Assembly: GCA_020348925.1 (NCBI GenBank)
Contig: CP070758.1
Coordinates: 1,196,469 to 1,260,468 of the forward strand
DNA: 64,000 nt
DNA from: Gemmatimonadota bacterium
GTDB taxonomy: Bacteria; JBHIER01; G020348925
Direction of reading: 5' to 3'
A program made the position numbers and the translations under genes. A model generated the notes under the pieces. The model saw only the letters and a program-made list of their open reading frames with translations. It ran no database searches and was not told the DNA's origin. Shown here one piece after another: positions 31,098-40,733 of this stretch (position 1 is the stretch's first letter; the number at the start of each line of letters is the position of its first letter).

Positions 31098-33212
31098 ATG
31101 CGTATTCAAAGATTCTTTACGGTTTGCTTGTTATGCACAGCCATCATTTTATCGACCAGAGCATTCGGTGTTGAAACATCGATCTGGGAAGTGCGGACTG
31201 CCAACGATTTCGAAAAAGGGGAACCGGCGGATGTTTCCATCCGGAGCGACGGTCAGGTTTTACTCGCATCGTCCCTCGAGCTCCTCTACGATACCGGGGA
31301 GCTCTATGTGTGGTGCCTGGCGCACGACTCCAAGGGCAATATCTACGCCGGAACGGGCAACAACGGAAGAGTATTTAAAATCAATAAAAACGGTGTGGGG
31401 GCTCTCTTTTTCGATTCCCCTGAGCTGGAGATACTGAGCGTAGTGGTGGATAAGAACGACAATCTCTTTGCCGGAACCGCCCCGGACGGAATTATTTACA
31501 AAATAAGCCCTGAAGGAGAAGCGACGACGTTTTTTGAAACGCGAGAGCAGTATGTGTGGGCCCTTCTCTTCGACAGGCAGGGCAACCTCTATGCCGGAAC
31601 AGGCATTGGTGGGAAAATCTTCAAAATTGCTCCCACTGGCGATAGCGAGCTCGTCTATGATTCGAACGAGACCCATATCATGACATTCGTCCTTGATGAC
31701 AACAACAATCTTTATGCCGGCAGCGAGGGGACCGGTATTATTTACAGAATATCGCCTCACAAGGATGTCTTTGTCCTGTACGATGCCCCCCAGAAGGAGA
31801 TTCATTCACTGACACTGACGCCCGACGGCACTCTCTACGCCGGAGCAACGGAGGCCGTTATCCGAGTGAAAAAGGTCCCCGTTCCCACGGACCGACCGGA
31901 CCAGGGGGGAGAGCGATCGCAGGAGGAATCCGAAGACATCCAGCCGGCGATAGCCAGGGTAGCCCAGGAGAAAAGCGCTGTCTATGAGATCGGCCCCGAG
32001 GGGATCGTAAAGACACACTGGGCCTCTTCGGCCCTTCTGCTCTCCCTCATCGTCAACGATGACGGATCGCTCACAATCGGAACCGGCGATGAGGGAAAGC
32101 TCTACTCAGTCCTCGAAGATGGAACATCCCTCTCCTTCGCCCAAAGCTCGGAATCACAAATTCTCGCCCTCCGCAGGGACAGTCGAGGGGGGACTCTTTT
32201 AGCAACGGGAAACCACGGTAAAATTTTTCGTCTCGCTTCCGATTACGCTCAGGAGGGCACCATCGTTTCGGACGTCTTTGATACCCAGACACTCTCCAAA
32301 TGGGGAAAAATCTCTTGGCAGGCCGATCTTCCCTCAGGAACACGGATCGCTTTCGAAACGCGAAGTGGCAACTCGGAACACCCGGACGACACGTGGAGTG
32401 ACTGGTCGGATGCACACACCAACTCCCAAGGTGAACCCATCTCCAGCCCCTCGGCCCGTTTTATCCAATGGCGGGCCAAGCTGACCACCTCAAATCCCTC
32501 ACACACTCCCCTTCTGAAAGGCGTCTCCGTTGCCTATCTCCAGAGAAACATGCCGCCGGAAATCATGTCGATCACCATCAATGCTTCAGGTCAGAAATCC
32601 GGGAGATCGATCCCACGGATTTCTTCCAAGCCAGAGGAGATCTCAAACAATCGAAAATCGAACAACGGGGCGCGATCCGTAGACTGGAAAGCCCACGATC
32701 CCAATGGCGATAACCTCACGTACACGATCCTTTTCAGGGGTATCGATGAGCACACCTGGAAAGTTCTGAAGGGTGACGAGACATCGATATCGTACACATG
32801 GGACACCGAATCGGTCCCCGACGGCCGGTACATCTTGAAAGTCGTCGCCAGCGACAGTCCGAACAACCCACCCAACACCGCCCTGACCGCCGAGAAAATC
32901 AGTGAACCGTTCACGGTGGACAATACACCGCCCCGCGTTTTGAACGTAAAAGCGACACCGGGGTTGGAAAAAAGTCACCTCATCTCCGCCACAACTGAAG
33001 ATGAAACAAGCATCATCACCAGGGCCGAATATTCCCTGGACGCCGGGGAATGGACGATGATCTTCCCGGAGGACGAGATCTTCGATTCGAAAACCGAGAT
33101 GATCTCCTTCACCACAGAACCGCTCAAGCCCGGCGAGCACACCCTCACCATCAGAGCCACCGACGATGCCGGCAATATCGGCGCGGGGAAAGTTATCTTT
33201 ACCGTGAAATAA
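31098..33212 (+). CDS. Secreted beta-propeller repeat protein with C-terminal Ig/FN3-like domains
   Basis: Signal peptide; repeated 'D..GNLYAGTG..G.I(Y/F)KI' blades; SGNSEHPDDTWSDWS, VDNTPP. Confidence 0.8.
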   Translation: MRIQRFFTVCLLCTAIILSTRAFGVETSIWEVRTANDFEKGEPADVSIRSDGQVLLASSLELLYDTGELYVWCLAHDSKGNIYAGTGNNGRVFKINKNGVGALFFDSPELEILSVVVDKNDNLFAGTAPDGIIYKISPEGEATTFFETREQYVWALLFDRQGNLYAGTGIGGKIFKIAPTGDSELVYDSNETHIMTFVLDDNNNLYAGSEGTGIIYRISPHKDVFVLYDAPQKEIHSLTLTPDGTLYAGATEAVIRVKKVPVPTDRPDQGGERSQEESEDIQPAIARVAQEKSAVYEIGPEGIVKTHWASSALLLSLIVNDDGSLTIGTGDEGKLYSVLEDGTSLSFAQSSESQILALRRDSRGGTLLATGNHGKIFRLASDYAQEGTIVSDVFDTQTLSKWGKISWQADLPSGTRIAFETRSGNSEHPDDTWSDWSDAHTNSQGEPISSPSARFIQWRAKLTTSNPSHTPLLKGVSVAYLQRNMPPEIMSITINASGQKSGRSIPRISSKPEEISNNRKSNNGARSVDWKAHDPNGDNLTYTILFRGIDEHTWKVLKGDETSISYTWDTESVPDGRYILKVVASDSPNNPPNTALTAEKISEPFTVDNTPPRVLNVKATPGLEKSHLISATTEDETSIITRAEYSLDAGEWTMIFPEDEIFDSKTEMISFTTEPLKPGEHTLTIRATDDAGNIGAGKVIFTVK

Positions 33213-33498
33213 TTTCTCATCTCAAGTCAGCATATTTGCACGACTCATTTTCAGTCTGAAGGGTCACCGCCAAACCTGTTTTGAAGACGGCTCATCCTTT
33301 CCACGCCCCCAATGTACCTTGCGGAGTGGACCGTTCTTCAAGACCGAATAAAGCACCGCCACAACGCCGTCTGGCCGAGTAATCCGGAAACACATTGTAG
33401 ACCTTCTCCATTTCTCCTATTGCTTGCGGCATTCAGACAGGAACACACCGTTCTCAACACATCGGATACACCATTCCCTTCAGTCTGTTCTGTAAAAA

Positions 33499-33542
33499 GA
33501 GAAAAGCCGCCTGTGACGATGCAAGCTGAGGCGGCTTTTCTC
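33499..33542. terminator. Bidirectional intrinsic terminator between convergent genes
   Basis: GAGAAAAGCCGCCT...AGGCGGCTTTTCTC inverted repeat. Confidence 0.75.
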
Positions 33543-33604
33543 GTTGAAAGCTGAAAACGAGTATCTCCCCTTATCCTATATATCCTAAAAGTCGATCGCG
33601 GTGC

Positions 33605-33697
33605 CTACAGCGTAACAGTAATTCTTCCCCGTATCGTTCTCCCTTCAGCCGGATACAACATTTTCTGACCGGTCAGGGGATCGATATATCCGAAGGA
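33605..33697 (-). CDS. C-terminal fragment, probably of a TonB-dependent receptor
   Basis: 'SFGYIDPLTGQKMLYPAEGRTIRGRITVTL*' resembles the terminal Y-P-x-x-G-R-T beta strand of TonB-dependent receptors; cut by gap. Confidence 0.5.
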   Translation of the reverse strand, partial: SFGYIDPLTGQKMLYPAEGRTIRGRITVTL

Positions 33698-33797
33698 NNN
33701 NNNNNNNNNNNNNNNNNNNNNNNNNNNNNNNNNNNNNNNNNNNNNNNNNNNNNNNNNNNNNNNNNNNNNNNNNNNNNNNNNNNNNNNNNNNNNNNNN

Positions 33798-34049
33798 CTG
33801 GCTCAGAACTACCCGAACCCGTTCAACCCGGTGACGTCGATCGCCTACAGTCTGCCTCAGGCGGCCAAGGTCAAGGTGTTTGTCTACAACACGTTGGGAC
33901 AGGTTGTGGCCGAGCTGGTGGACGGGGATCAGGAGGCCGGCCATCATGTGGTCACATGGGACGCGGCGGATATGGCCAGCGGTGTCTACTTTTACCGGAT
34001 CGAGGCCAACGACTTCACGGCCACCAGGCGGATGGTATTGATGAAGTAA
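33798..34049 (+). CDS. C-terminal T9SS type A-like sorting domain of a gene truncated by the gap
   Basis: [20 protein letters not shown]...[30 protein letters not shown]. Confidence 0.88.
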   Translation: MAQNYPNPFNPVTSIAYSLPQAAKVKVFVYNTLGQVVAELVDGDQEAGHHVVTWDAADMASGVYFYRIEANDFTATRRMVLMK

Positions 34050-34641
34050 TGCCAGTTTTGGCGTACTTCAAGAATATAGACGAATCAGGTGGACGAGACT
34101 GAATATGCTACGTAGAGAAGGAGTACATTTGAAAAAGAAGACGTTCGCAAAAGTGAATACGTAGAAAGAGCAAAATTAATAAATATTTGAGAAAAAAATT
34201 GGGAGTAATTTTTTTCATTCAACTTCCAACACTCCCTCGAAATTCGAATAAGTTTTTAAAATAAAGAGCTTAGAGATCGAAAAAGTTCTTGCCAAACAAA
34301 CATATTAGTTATAAATTGCATTTGTGTTTACCAGATCCCAAGGGCACGGCTGTGTATAATTGATATTCTCCGCGTGTCCGTGCTGGTATTCTGAAGGAAG
34401 GAAACGAGTGAGGAGAAAGTAACCCCATATCCACACACTAAAATTGGAGCGACATTCGAGAGGATAGGAATCGTAGGACATTCCCTTTAGGAGAAGTATA
34501 CTCTTCACAGATGAATAGAGACTTTGCAAAAAGGAGGTAAAAAAAGAAGAGCGGTAACGAATTCTCTGTATCTTTCATACGTTTCGTTTTAGGTTCAGGA
34601 TGTTCTATCATCATTCTTCGATTACACAAGGAGGTGCCACT

Positions 34642-36384
34642 ATGGTGAAGAGAGTGTCGTTTCTGGCCACCATACTTTCCTTGGTTTTTGCAGTGGCATT
34701 GATGGCGAAGGCTGAGAAAAAGACTGAATTGTTGCGAATATCGGAGACAAAAAGTGATGCATTGAGGCCCGAGACAATCTCCCATCAGAAACCTGAGGAG
34801 ATTTTGCAGGACGGGTGTGAATGGCTATCGTATTGGTGTGATCCCTATTACTATTGGATGACACCAAATCCGTCTTGGGGTGATTCGGCATATGCCATGC
34901 GCTTCACGGTGGCTGAGCCGAGGTTTTTAATGGGCGCCAATGTCTACATCTACAATCCCGGAGATGGAACCTTCGGCAATGACGATGTGCATATTAGCGT
35001 CTACGACGATGACGGCACGGGATTGCCGGGCGCTCAGCTTGCCCAGGTGATATTGACGGCAGGAACGTATCCTGCATATCCGACACCTGCTTATGCGGAT
35101 TTCTCACCTCTCAATCTGATAGTCAACGGTGATTTTCACATTGCTTTTTCCTCGAGCGGAGAGGTTGGGGTCGATTATGAATCCATAGTATCGGACGATG
35201 GTTCCTGCGGTACACTCCGCTCCACAGACTGGTGGGTTGGGTATTGGGCTCTCATGCTCGACTACTGGGATATCGATGTCAACTTTCTCATTGATGTCTA
35301 TCTGGGTTGCGAGGAGCCTTGTGATGATTGCGGTCCTGGATCTCACTGGATCGATGTGTGTGCCGCTGGGACCGACTTTATGGGATCTGGGGCGTTGGTG
35401 ACCATCGACCTTGATCTGGATCCATTTTGTGAACCTGACGCGATCTTGGAGCTTTCCGGGCCTGTTGTGGTCAACCGCACGGGTCCGCTGGACGACTCAG
35501 TCATCTTTCCTGGCACACGCCCGATTGACGGTCATCTCGATGTGATCGATACGGAAATTATCTCGATGAGCCTGAGCGGCGGTGGGGTCACATTGACGGC
35601 CGGGGCGGGTCATGGCCAGGGCGGTGTGCTGGCGCCTTCCTTGGGCACCGCGGCGGAAATGCCGGCTGACCCTTTTTGGGTGGAGAGCTTTTTCGATGTG
35701 TTCTTCGAGGTGGACCTTGGCGGCGGGATGTATGCCTACAACCACACTCCGTTGCGGGTTAATTCAGAGATTGATTGCGTTCCGCCGGGGGCCGATTTCA
35801 CCTCACCGATAGTCTGTTTGCCCTTGTACAACTCACCGAGCCCTGGTCAGGGTGAAATTGTGGCGCAGATTGTGTGGGTTGACCATTTCACCTTCCCGGA
35901 GCCGCCGGAGGCTTGCTGCTTACCGGATGGCAGTTGCACGGACATCGACCCCGGCGTTTGCGTGACTCTGGGCGGCACGCCGCAGGGGCCTGGAACGGTG
36001 TGTACGGCACCGGAGGGATGTTGTTTTCCTGACGGGTCGTGTTCTGATCTGGATCCGCTGTGTTGCGTAGACCAGGGCGGCAATCCGCAGGGACCTGGGT
36101 CTCAGTGTGGTGGAATGGAAGTCTGCTGCCTGCCTGATGGATCGTGTACAATGGCCGACGCCCTATGTTGTATTAATGAATTGAGCGGCTTTCCGCAGGG
36201 GCCTGGGACTGTGTGTACGGCACCGGAGGGGTGTTGTCTTCCTGACGGGTCGTGTTCTGATCTGGATCCGTTGTGTTGTGTAGACCAGGGCGGCACGCCG
36301 CAGGGGCCTGGAACGGTGTGTACGGTACCGGAGGGGTGTTGTTTTCCTGACGGGTCGTGTTCTGATCTGGATCCGCTGTGTTGC
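34642..36384 (+). CDS. Secreted protein with Cys-rich tandem repeats (3' truncated by gap)
   Basis: AAGGAGGTG SD then MVKRVSFLATILSLVFAVALMAKAE; 'ESFFDVFFEV' domain; ~35-aa CCxPDGSC repeats. Confidence 0.8.
35910..36384 (+). repeat. Coding tandem repeat, ~105-bp unit, at least 4.5 copies
   Basis: Recurrent CCTGACGGGTCGTGTTCTGATCTGGATCCG and CAGGGGCCTGGAACGGTGTGTACGG blocks. Confidence 0.9.
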
Positions 36385-36484
36385 NNNNNNNNNNNNNNNN
36401 NNNNNNNNNNNNNNNNNNNNNNNNNNNNNNNNNNNNNNNNNNNNNNNNNNNNNNNNNNNNNNNNNNNNNNNNNNNNNNNNNNNN

Positions 36485-39400
36485 GACGACCCCGTCTGCG
36501 GTCAGGCCGCCGTCATGGGAGAGGTCACCGTCATCCAGATGCCGACGCCCACTGCGCCACCGGTCACCCTCTGCTCCGGCTACGCACACCAGGACCTCAT
36601 CGACGCCATCCACGACGCCGGCGGCGGCTGCAACATCGGTACTGAAACCATCACCGACAATGGCGACAACACTTACACCGTCACCTGCGACAATCAGGGC
36701 TGCTCCGCCTCGGCCACTGGAACCATCACGGAAATGGAACCTTGTGTGGCGATTGCTCCAGACCTTTCATTCTGCGCTGGGACTGTCACCGTTAATGATG
36801 ACCTCTTCATCGACAACGGCGCTGATTGCTCCGACGGCTGTTCCATGACACTATCCTACACCTTCGACGGCAACACCGCCGGCACCTATACCTACACCGT
36901 CACCTGCGACAACACCGTCTGCCCGCCCGTCTCCGCCAACGGCACCGTCACCGTATATCCCAATCCTGAGGTCTACGCTTCCAGCAACGCCCTCGACTGC
37001 ATCTGGATCGGAGAAACGATCGAGCTGTACGGCGGACCCGACGGGATGATCAGCTACGGTTGGAGAGGTCCGTTGAGCTTCATCAGCAGCGAACAATCGC
37101 CGACCATCAGCAACGCCACCCTGGACATGTCAGGTGATTACATTTTAACTGTTATTGACGCCAACGGGTGCACGGATTCTGATATCACGCCGGTCAAGGT
37201 ATGCGAACCGCCGGACATCGATCCCCCGGACAGTACCAAATTCGGCGCCGTCTGTTACCTCGGTGACGAATCTACAAAATTGGTTCGAGTGTACAACAGG
37301 GGTGGTGATACCCTCAGGTGTAATTGTGCCGAGGTTATTGGTGCAAATGCTGATGATTTTACAATCTCAATCTCCAACGGATCGCCGAAGGTGAACCCGT
37401 CGGACCTGAACACGCAGATCACTATGGTTTGCTGTCCACAGGGTATCTGTTTTAAAGTACCGGCAGGTGATTATGTGGACGTGGAGGTAACATTCAAACC
37501 TACTCCTACCGGCAGCCATAGAGAAGCCTTTTTAGGCCTCACCAGTAATGATCCTGACGAACCGTACAAGGAGGTGTGTCTGACAGGATACGCCTGCTCC
37601 AGCCCCGGCTGCCCGGACATTGTCATCGACCCACCAAGTTGGGATTTTGAAATGACGGAAGCCGGGACCTTTGAGGACAAAACTTTCACCATATCAAACG
37701 TTGGATGCGTCGATTTACACGTCACCAGTATCTCGATTACCGGACCGGACGCAGATCAGTTCTCCATTGTAAGTGGCGAGATCCTATTCGTTTTAGAACC
37801 CGGCGCACCACCACACGAGCTGGTGATACGATTTCAACCGACCTCGACCGGCCTCAAGACGGCCTTCATCACTATCCTCAGCGACGACTGTATCACACCA
37901 ACCTTTTCAGCCTCGATCACGGGAGAATTGAAAGCATGTTTCGCCGCTGCTCCCCAGTTCTTCATCTGTGTCGGCACTCCTGTTGATGATGCCATGTTCA
38001 TTGACAACGGTGCGGGCTGCTCCGGCTGCCCCGCCTGCAGCCTGGTCCTGTCGTACGCCTTTGATGGAACCGTAGCAGGCACATTTCCATACGCGGTCGC
38101 CTGCACAAGCGATGTGTGCGAACCCGACACGGCCATGAGTCTCGTCACGGTGGTCGATTCCTGCATGCTCATCGCCCCTGATTTCTCGATCTGTGTAGGC
38201 ACACCCATCGACGACAACATCTTCATCAGTGCCGGAGCCTCCACAGGCTGTTACACTATTCTCACCTACGACTGTGATACCAGCGCTCCTGGGACCTGCA
38301 CCTACACTGTGACTGATGACAATGGCGTGTGCGAGCCCTGTACTGCCTCCGGTACCGTCACCATCATCGGACTGGGAGCCGCTGCCTTGAGCAATTCGCC
38401 TGTCTGTTTGGGAGATGCCATCCGGCTCTTCGGTGAGCCTGACGGCATGTTCATCTACACCTGGGACGGCCCGAACGCCTTCTTTAGCAGCGAGCAATCT
38501 CCGACAATCACAGGGGCTTCTTTGGACATGTCAGGCGACTACATTCTGACCGCTACAGATACAGCCGGTTGCACAGAGTCCGATACAGTATCGGTGGAAG
38601 TCATTCATGGGGGATGCCCATATATTGTCTTCGACCCCCCTTTCTGGAACTATGGTACACTAAAAAATGGTACATCAGAGGACAAGACCTTTACGATTTC
38701 GAACATTGGCTGCGGAGATCTGCATGTGACATCAACGACCTTAATCGGTCCCAACACCGATCAATTCGCCATCGTAAGCGGCGACGGGTCTTGGAGCCTC
38801 GCGCCTGAAACCGAACATGATGTGATCATCCGATTTCAGCCAACGTCATCTGGTGGAAAGATGGCTTCTTTGAAAATCGAGCGTGACGACTGCGAGAAAG
38901 CTGACACGACCATATTCCTGATGGGAGTGGGCTTTTTCAAAGATCCTGAATTACTTCCTTTTCCTCCTGTCACGGTGAGCGAATGCGATACACTCCATTT
39001 CACTGTGTGCAACGACAGCACCCTTTCTCTGAGTCTCCATTCGGTGACCTATGACTGCGATGCATTCCAGATTCTTCGTCCGGACTTCCCTCAAATCTTA
39101 GATCCTTCTGAATGCGAAACCGTTTACGTCGAATTCTGCCCTGCAGAACAAGGTCACTATTCATGTTTCCTCAATGTGAACGGTGATGGTCCTGGTGAAG
39201 TCATTCATCAGGTCCTCCTGAGCGGTTTGGGTTGCATGGATGAGGGTCTACTGGGTGACGTCAACCGCGATGGGGCAGTTGACGTTGTGGATGTCCTGGT
39301 TGTCGTGAACTATATTTTGGGGCAAGTGAGCTTGGAGAATGCCTGGTGTCAGGCCGACTGCAACCTCGACGGATTCATCGACATTCTGGATGCCCTGGGC

Positions 39401-40192
39401 TTTGTCAATGTGATTCTGGAAATTGGCACCTGCCCGCCGGAGGGAGTATCAAAGGGGATACATACTTCAGCAGTCAACAGTTCAGCCGTGATGGGGGTGT
39501 CAAAAATATCGGTTTCCACGGCACAAACCATCGTGTTGCCCATTTACCTCGAGACCGAGAATCGTACAGCCGGACTCCAGTTCACCCTGTGCTACGACCA
39601 AGATATATTCACACCGGGAGTTCCTCTTGTGACCCGGCGGAGCGCTCACATGACCGTCGCTTCCTCGACCGACGAAGGGAAGCTGGCCGTTGTTCTGTAC
39701 AGCACACAGGGTATGAGTATTCCGGCTGGCGCTGAACCTATCCTCACGGTGCCCCTCAGGTTAAACGACCCTGACAAGAGAGCCGAATCAACCGTCCGCT
39801 TTCAAAAAGTCATTGTTGCTCTGGATTGCGTCACGCAGGTACCTGTGCAGCACAGGGTCTCGACGTTGAGGTTGGGTGACCTGTTCCCCCAGGAATATAC
39901 CCTCTTTCAGAATTACCCCAATCCCTTCAATCCGGAAACGAGTATCGACTATCAGGTGCCTGAAACTGCAAACATTCTGCTGGCCATATTCAACACATTG
40001 GGCCAGCGCGTGCGAACCCTTGTGAACACTCGGCAAGAGCCCGGCACTTACACGTGCCGATGGGATGGGTGCAACGAGTCCGGGGAGCCTGTGTCAAGCG
40101 GAATCTACTTTTATCGTCTCAGGGCAGGTGGAACATCCCGAGACAATCAGGGTGACTTTTCACAAACGAAGAGGATGGTCCTTCTGAGATAG
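36485..40192 (+). CDS. Large Cys-rich multi-Ig surface protein with choice-of-anchor D domains, dockerin, cohesin-like domain and T9SS/FlgD-type CTD (5' truncated)
   Basis: Open from the gap edge; repeated 'YxWxGPxxFxSSEQSPTI...LDMSGDYILT' modules, SNDPDEP, 'GDVNRDGAVDVVD...ADCNLDGFIDILD', QNYPNPFNP...TKRMVLLR. Confidence 0.85.
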   Translation, partial: DDPVCGQAAVMGEVTVIQMPTPTAPPVTLCSGYAHQDLIDAIHDAGGGCNIGTETITDNGDNTYTVTCDNQGCSASATGTITEMEPCVAIAPDLSFCAGTVTVNDDLFIDNGADCSDGCSMTLSYTFDGNTAGTYTYTVTCDNTVCPPVSANGTVTVYPNPEVYASSNALDCIWIGETIELYGGPDGMISYGWRGPLSFISSEQSPTISNATLDMSGDYILTVIDANGCTDSDITPVKVCEPPDIDPPDSTKFGAVCYLGDESTKLVRVYNRGGDTLRCNCAEVIGANADDFTISISNGSPKVNPSDLNTQITMVCCPQGICFKVPAGDYVDVEVTFKPTPTGSHREAFLGLTSNDPDEPYKEVCLTGYACSSPGCPDIVIDPPSWDFEMTEAGTFEDKTFTISNVGCVDLHVTSISITGPDADQFSIVSGEILFVLEPGAPPHELVIRFQPTSTGLKTAFITILSDDCITPTFSASITGELKACFAAAPQFFICVGTPVDDAMFIDNGAGCSGCPACSLVLSYAFDGTVAGTFPYAVACTSDVCEPDTAMSLVTVVDSCMLIAPDFSICVGTPIDDNIFISAGASTGCYTILTYDCDTSAPGTCTYTVTDDNGVCEPCTASGTVTIIGLGAAALSNSPVCLGDAIRLFGEPDGMFIYTWDGPNAFFSSEQSPTITGASLDMSGDYILTATDTAGCTESDTVSVEVIHGGCPYIVFDPPFWNYGTLKNGTSEDKTFTISNIGCGDLHVTSTTLIGPNTDQFAIVSGDGSWSLAPETEHDVIIRFQPTSSGGKMASLKIERDDCEKADTTIFLMGVGFFKDPELLPFPPVTVSECDTLHFTVCNDSTLSLSLHSVTYDCDAFQILRPDFPQILDPSECETVYVEFCPAEQGHYSCFLNVNGDGPGEVIHQVLLSGLGCMDEGLLGDVNRDGAVDVVDVLVVVNYILGQVSLENAWCQADCNLDGFIDILDALGFVNVILEIGTCPPEGVSKGIHTSAVNSSAVMGVSKISVSTAQTIVLPIYLETENRTAGLQFTLCYDQDIFTPGVPLVTRRSAHMTVASSTDEGKLAVVLYSTQGMSIPAGAEPILTVPLRLNDPDKRAESTVRFQKVIVALDCVTQVPVQHRVSTLRLGDLFPQEYTLFQNYPNPFNPETSIDYQVPETANILLAIFNTLGQRVRTLVNTRQEPGTYTCRWDGCNESGEPVSSGIYFYRLRAGGTSRDNQGDFSQTKRMVLLR

Positions 40193-40733
40193 AGCTTTAC
40201 ATGAAACGAAGACGCGGATTTCGATAAACTCGATTCAGTGATCTTGAGGGAATGTCCCTGGGGAAAATTGGCTTCATAGCATGGAGCGACGAAGCAATCT
40301 CTCATATATTGTCCGACAGCCCGGACCTTGCTTCGCCTCCGGATAATCCGTTCGCAAGGACAGCATCACCAATATACTTCTATTAGTGTTCCCAGTCGAT
40401 GGACGGCTTTAAAAACCGCCTGTCTGTCATCGCTTTGAAAAGGCATGGGTCGTCATCGGCTGGGACAACACGAGACTTCAGGACAACTCGAAGATTGATA
40501 GTATCTGAAAGGCAGAGGAATCTCTGACTATAATTCATTGAAAACTCTAAAAAAACCTTGACTTTTTGAGAAAATTGTTATTATTTTGATGAAGTTATAC
40601 CCGATTAAAGGATGGGTGAGGTTTTTTTCAACTCTGAGCATACATGATACAATCTTTTTTACATCGTGCAAGCCACAATGTATTACAATTAAAATAGGGA
40701 TCTCAACGGCAATTCATCCAGGAGGAAGAACTT

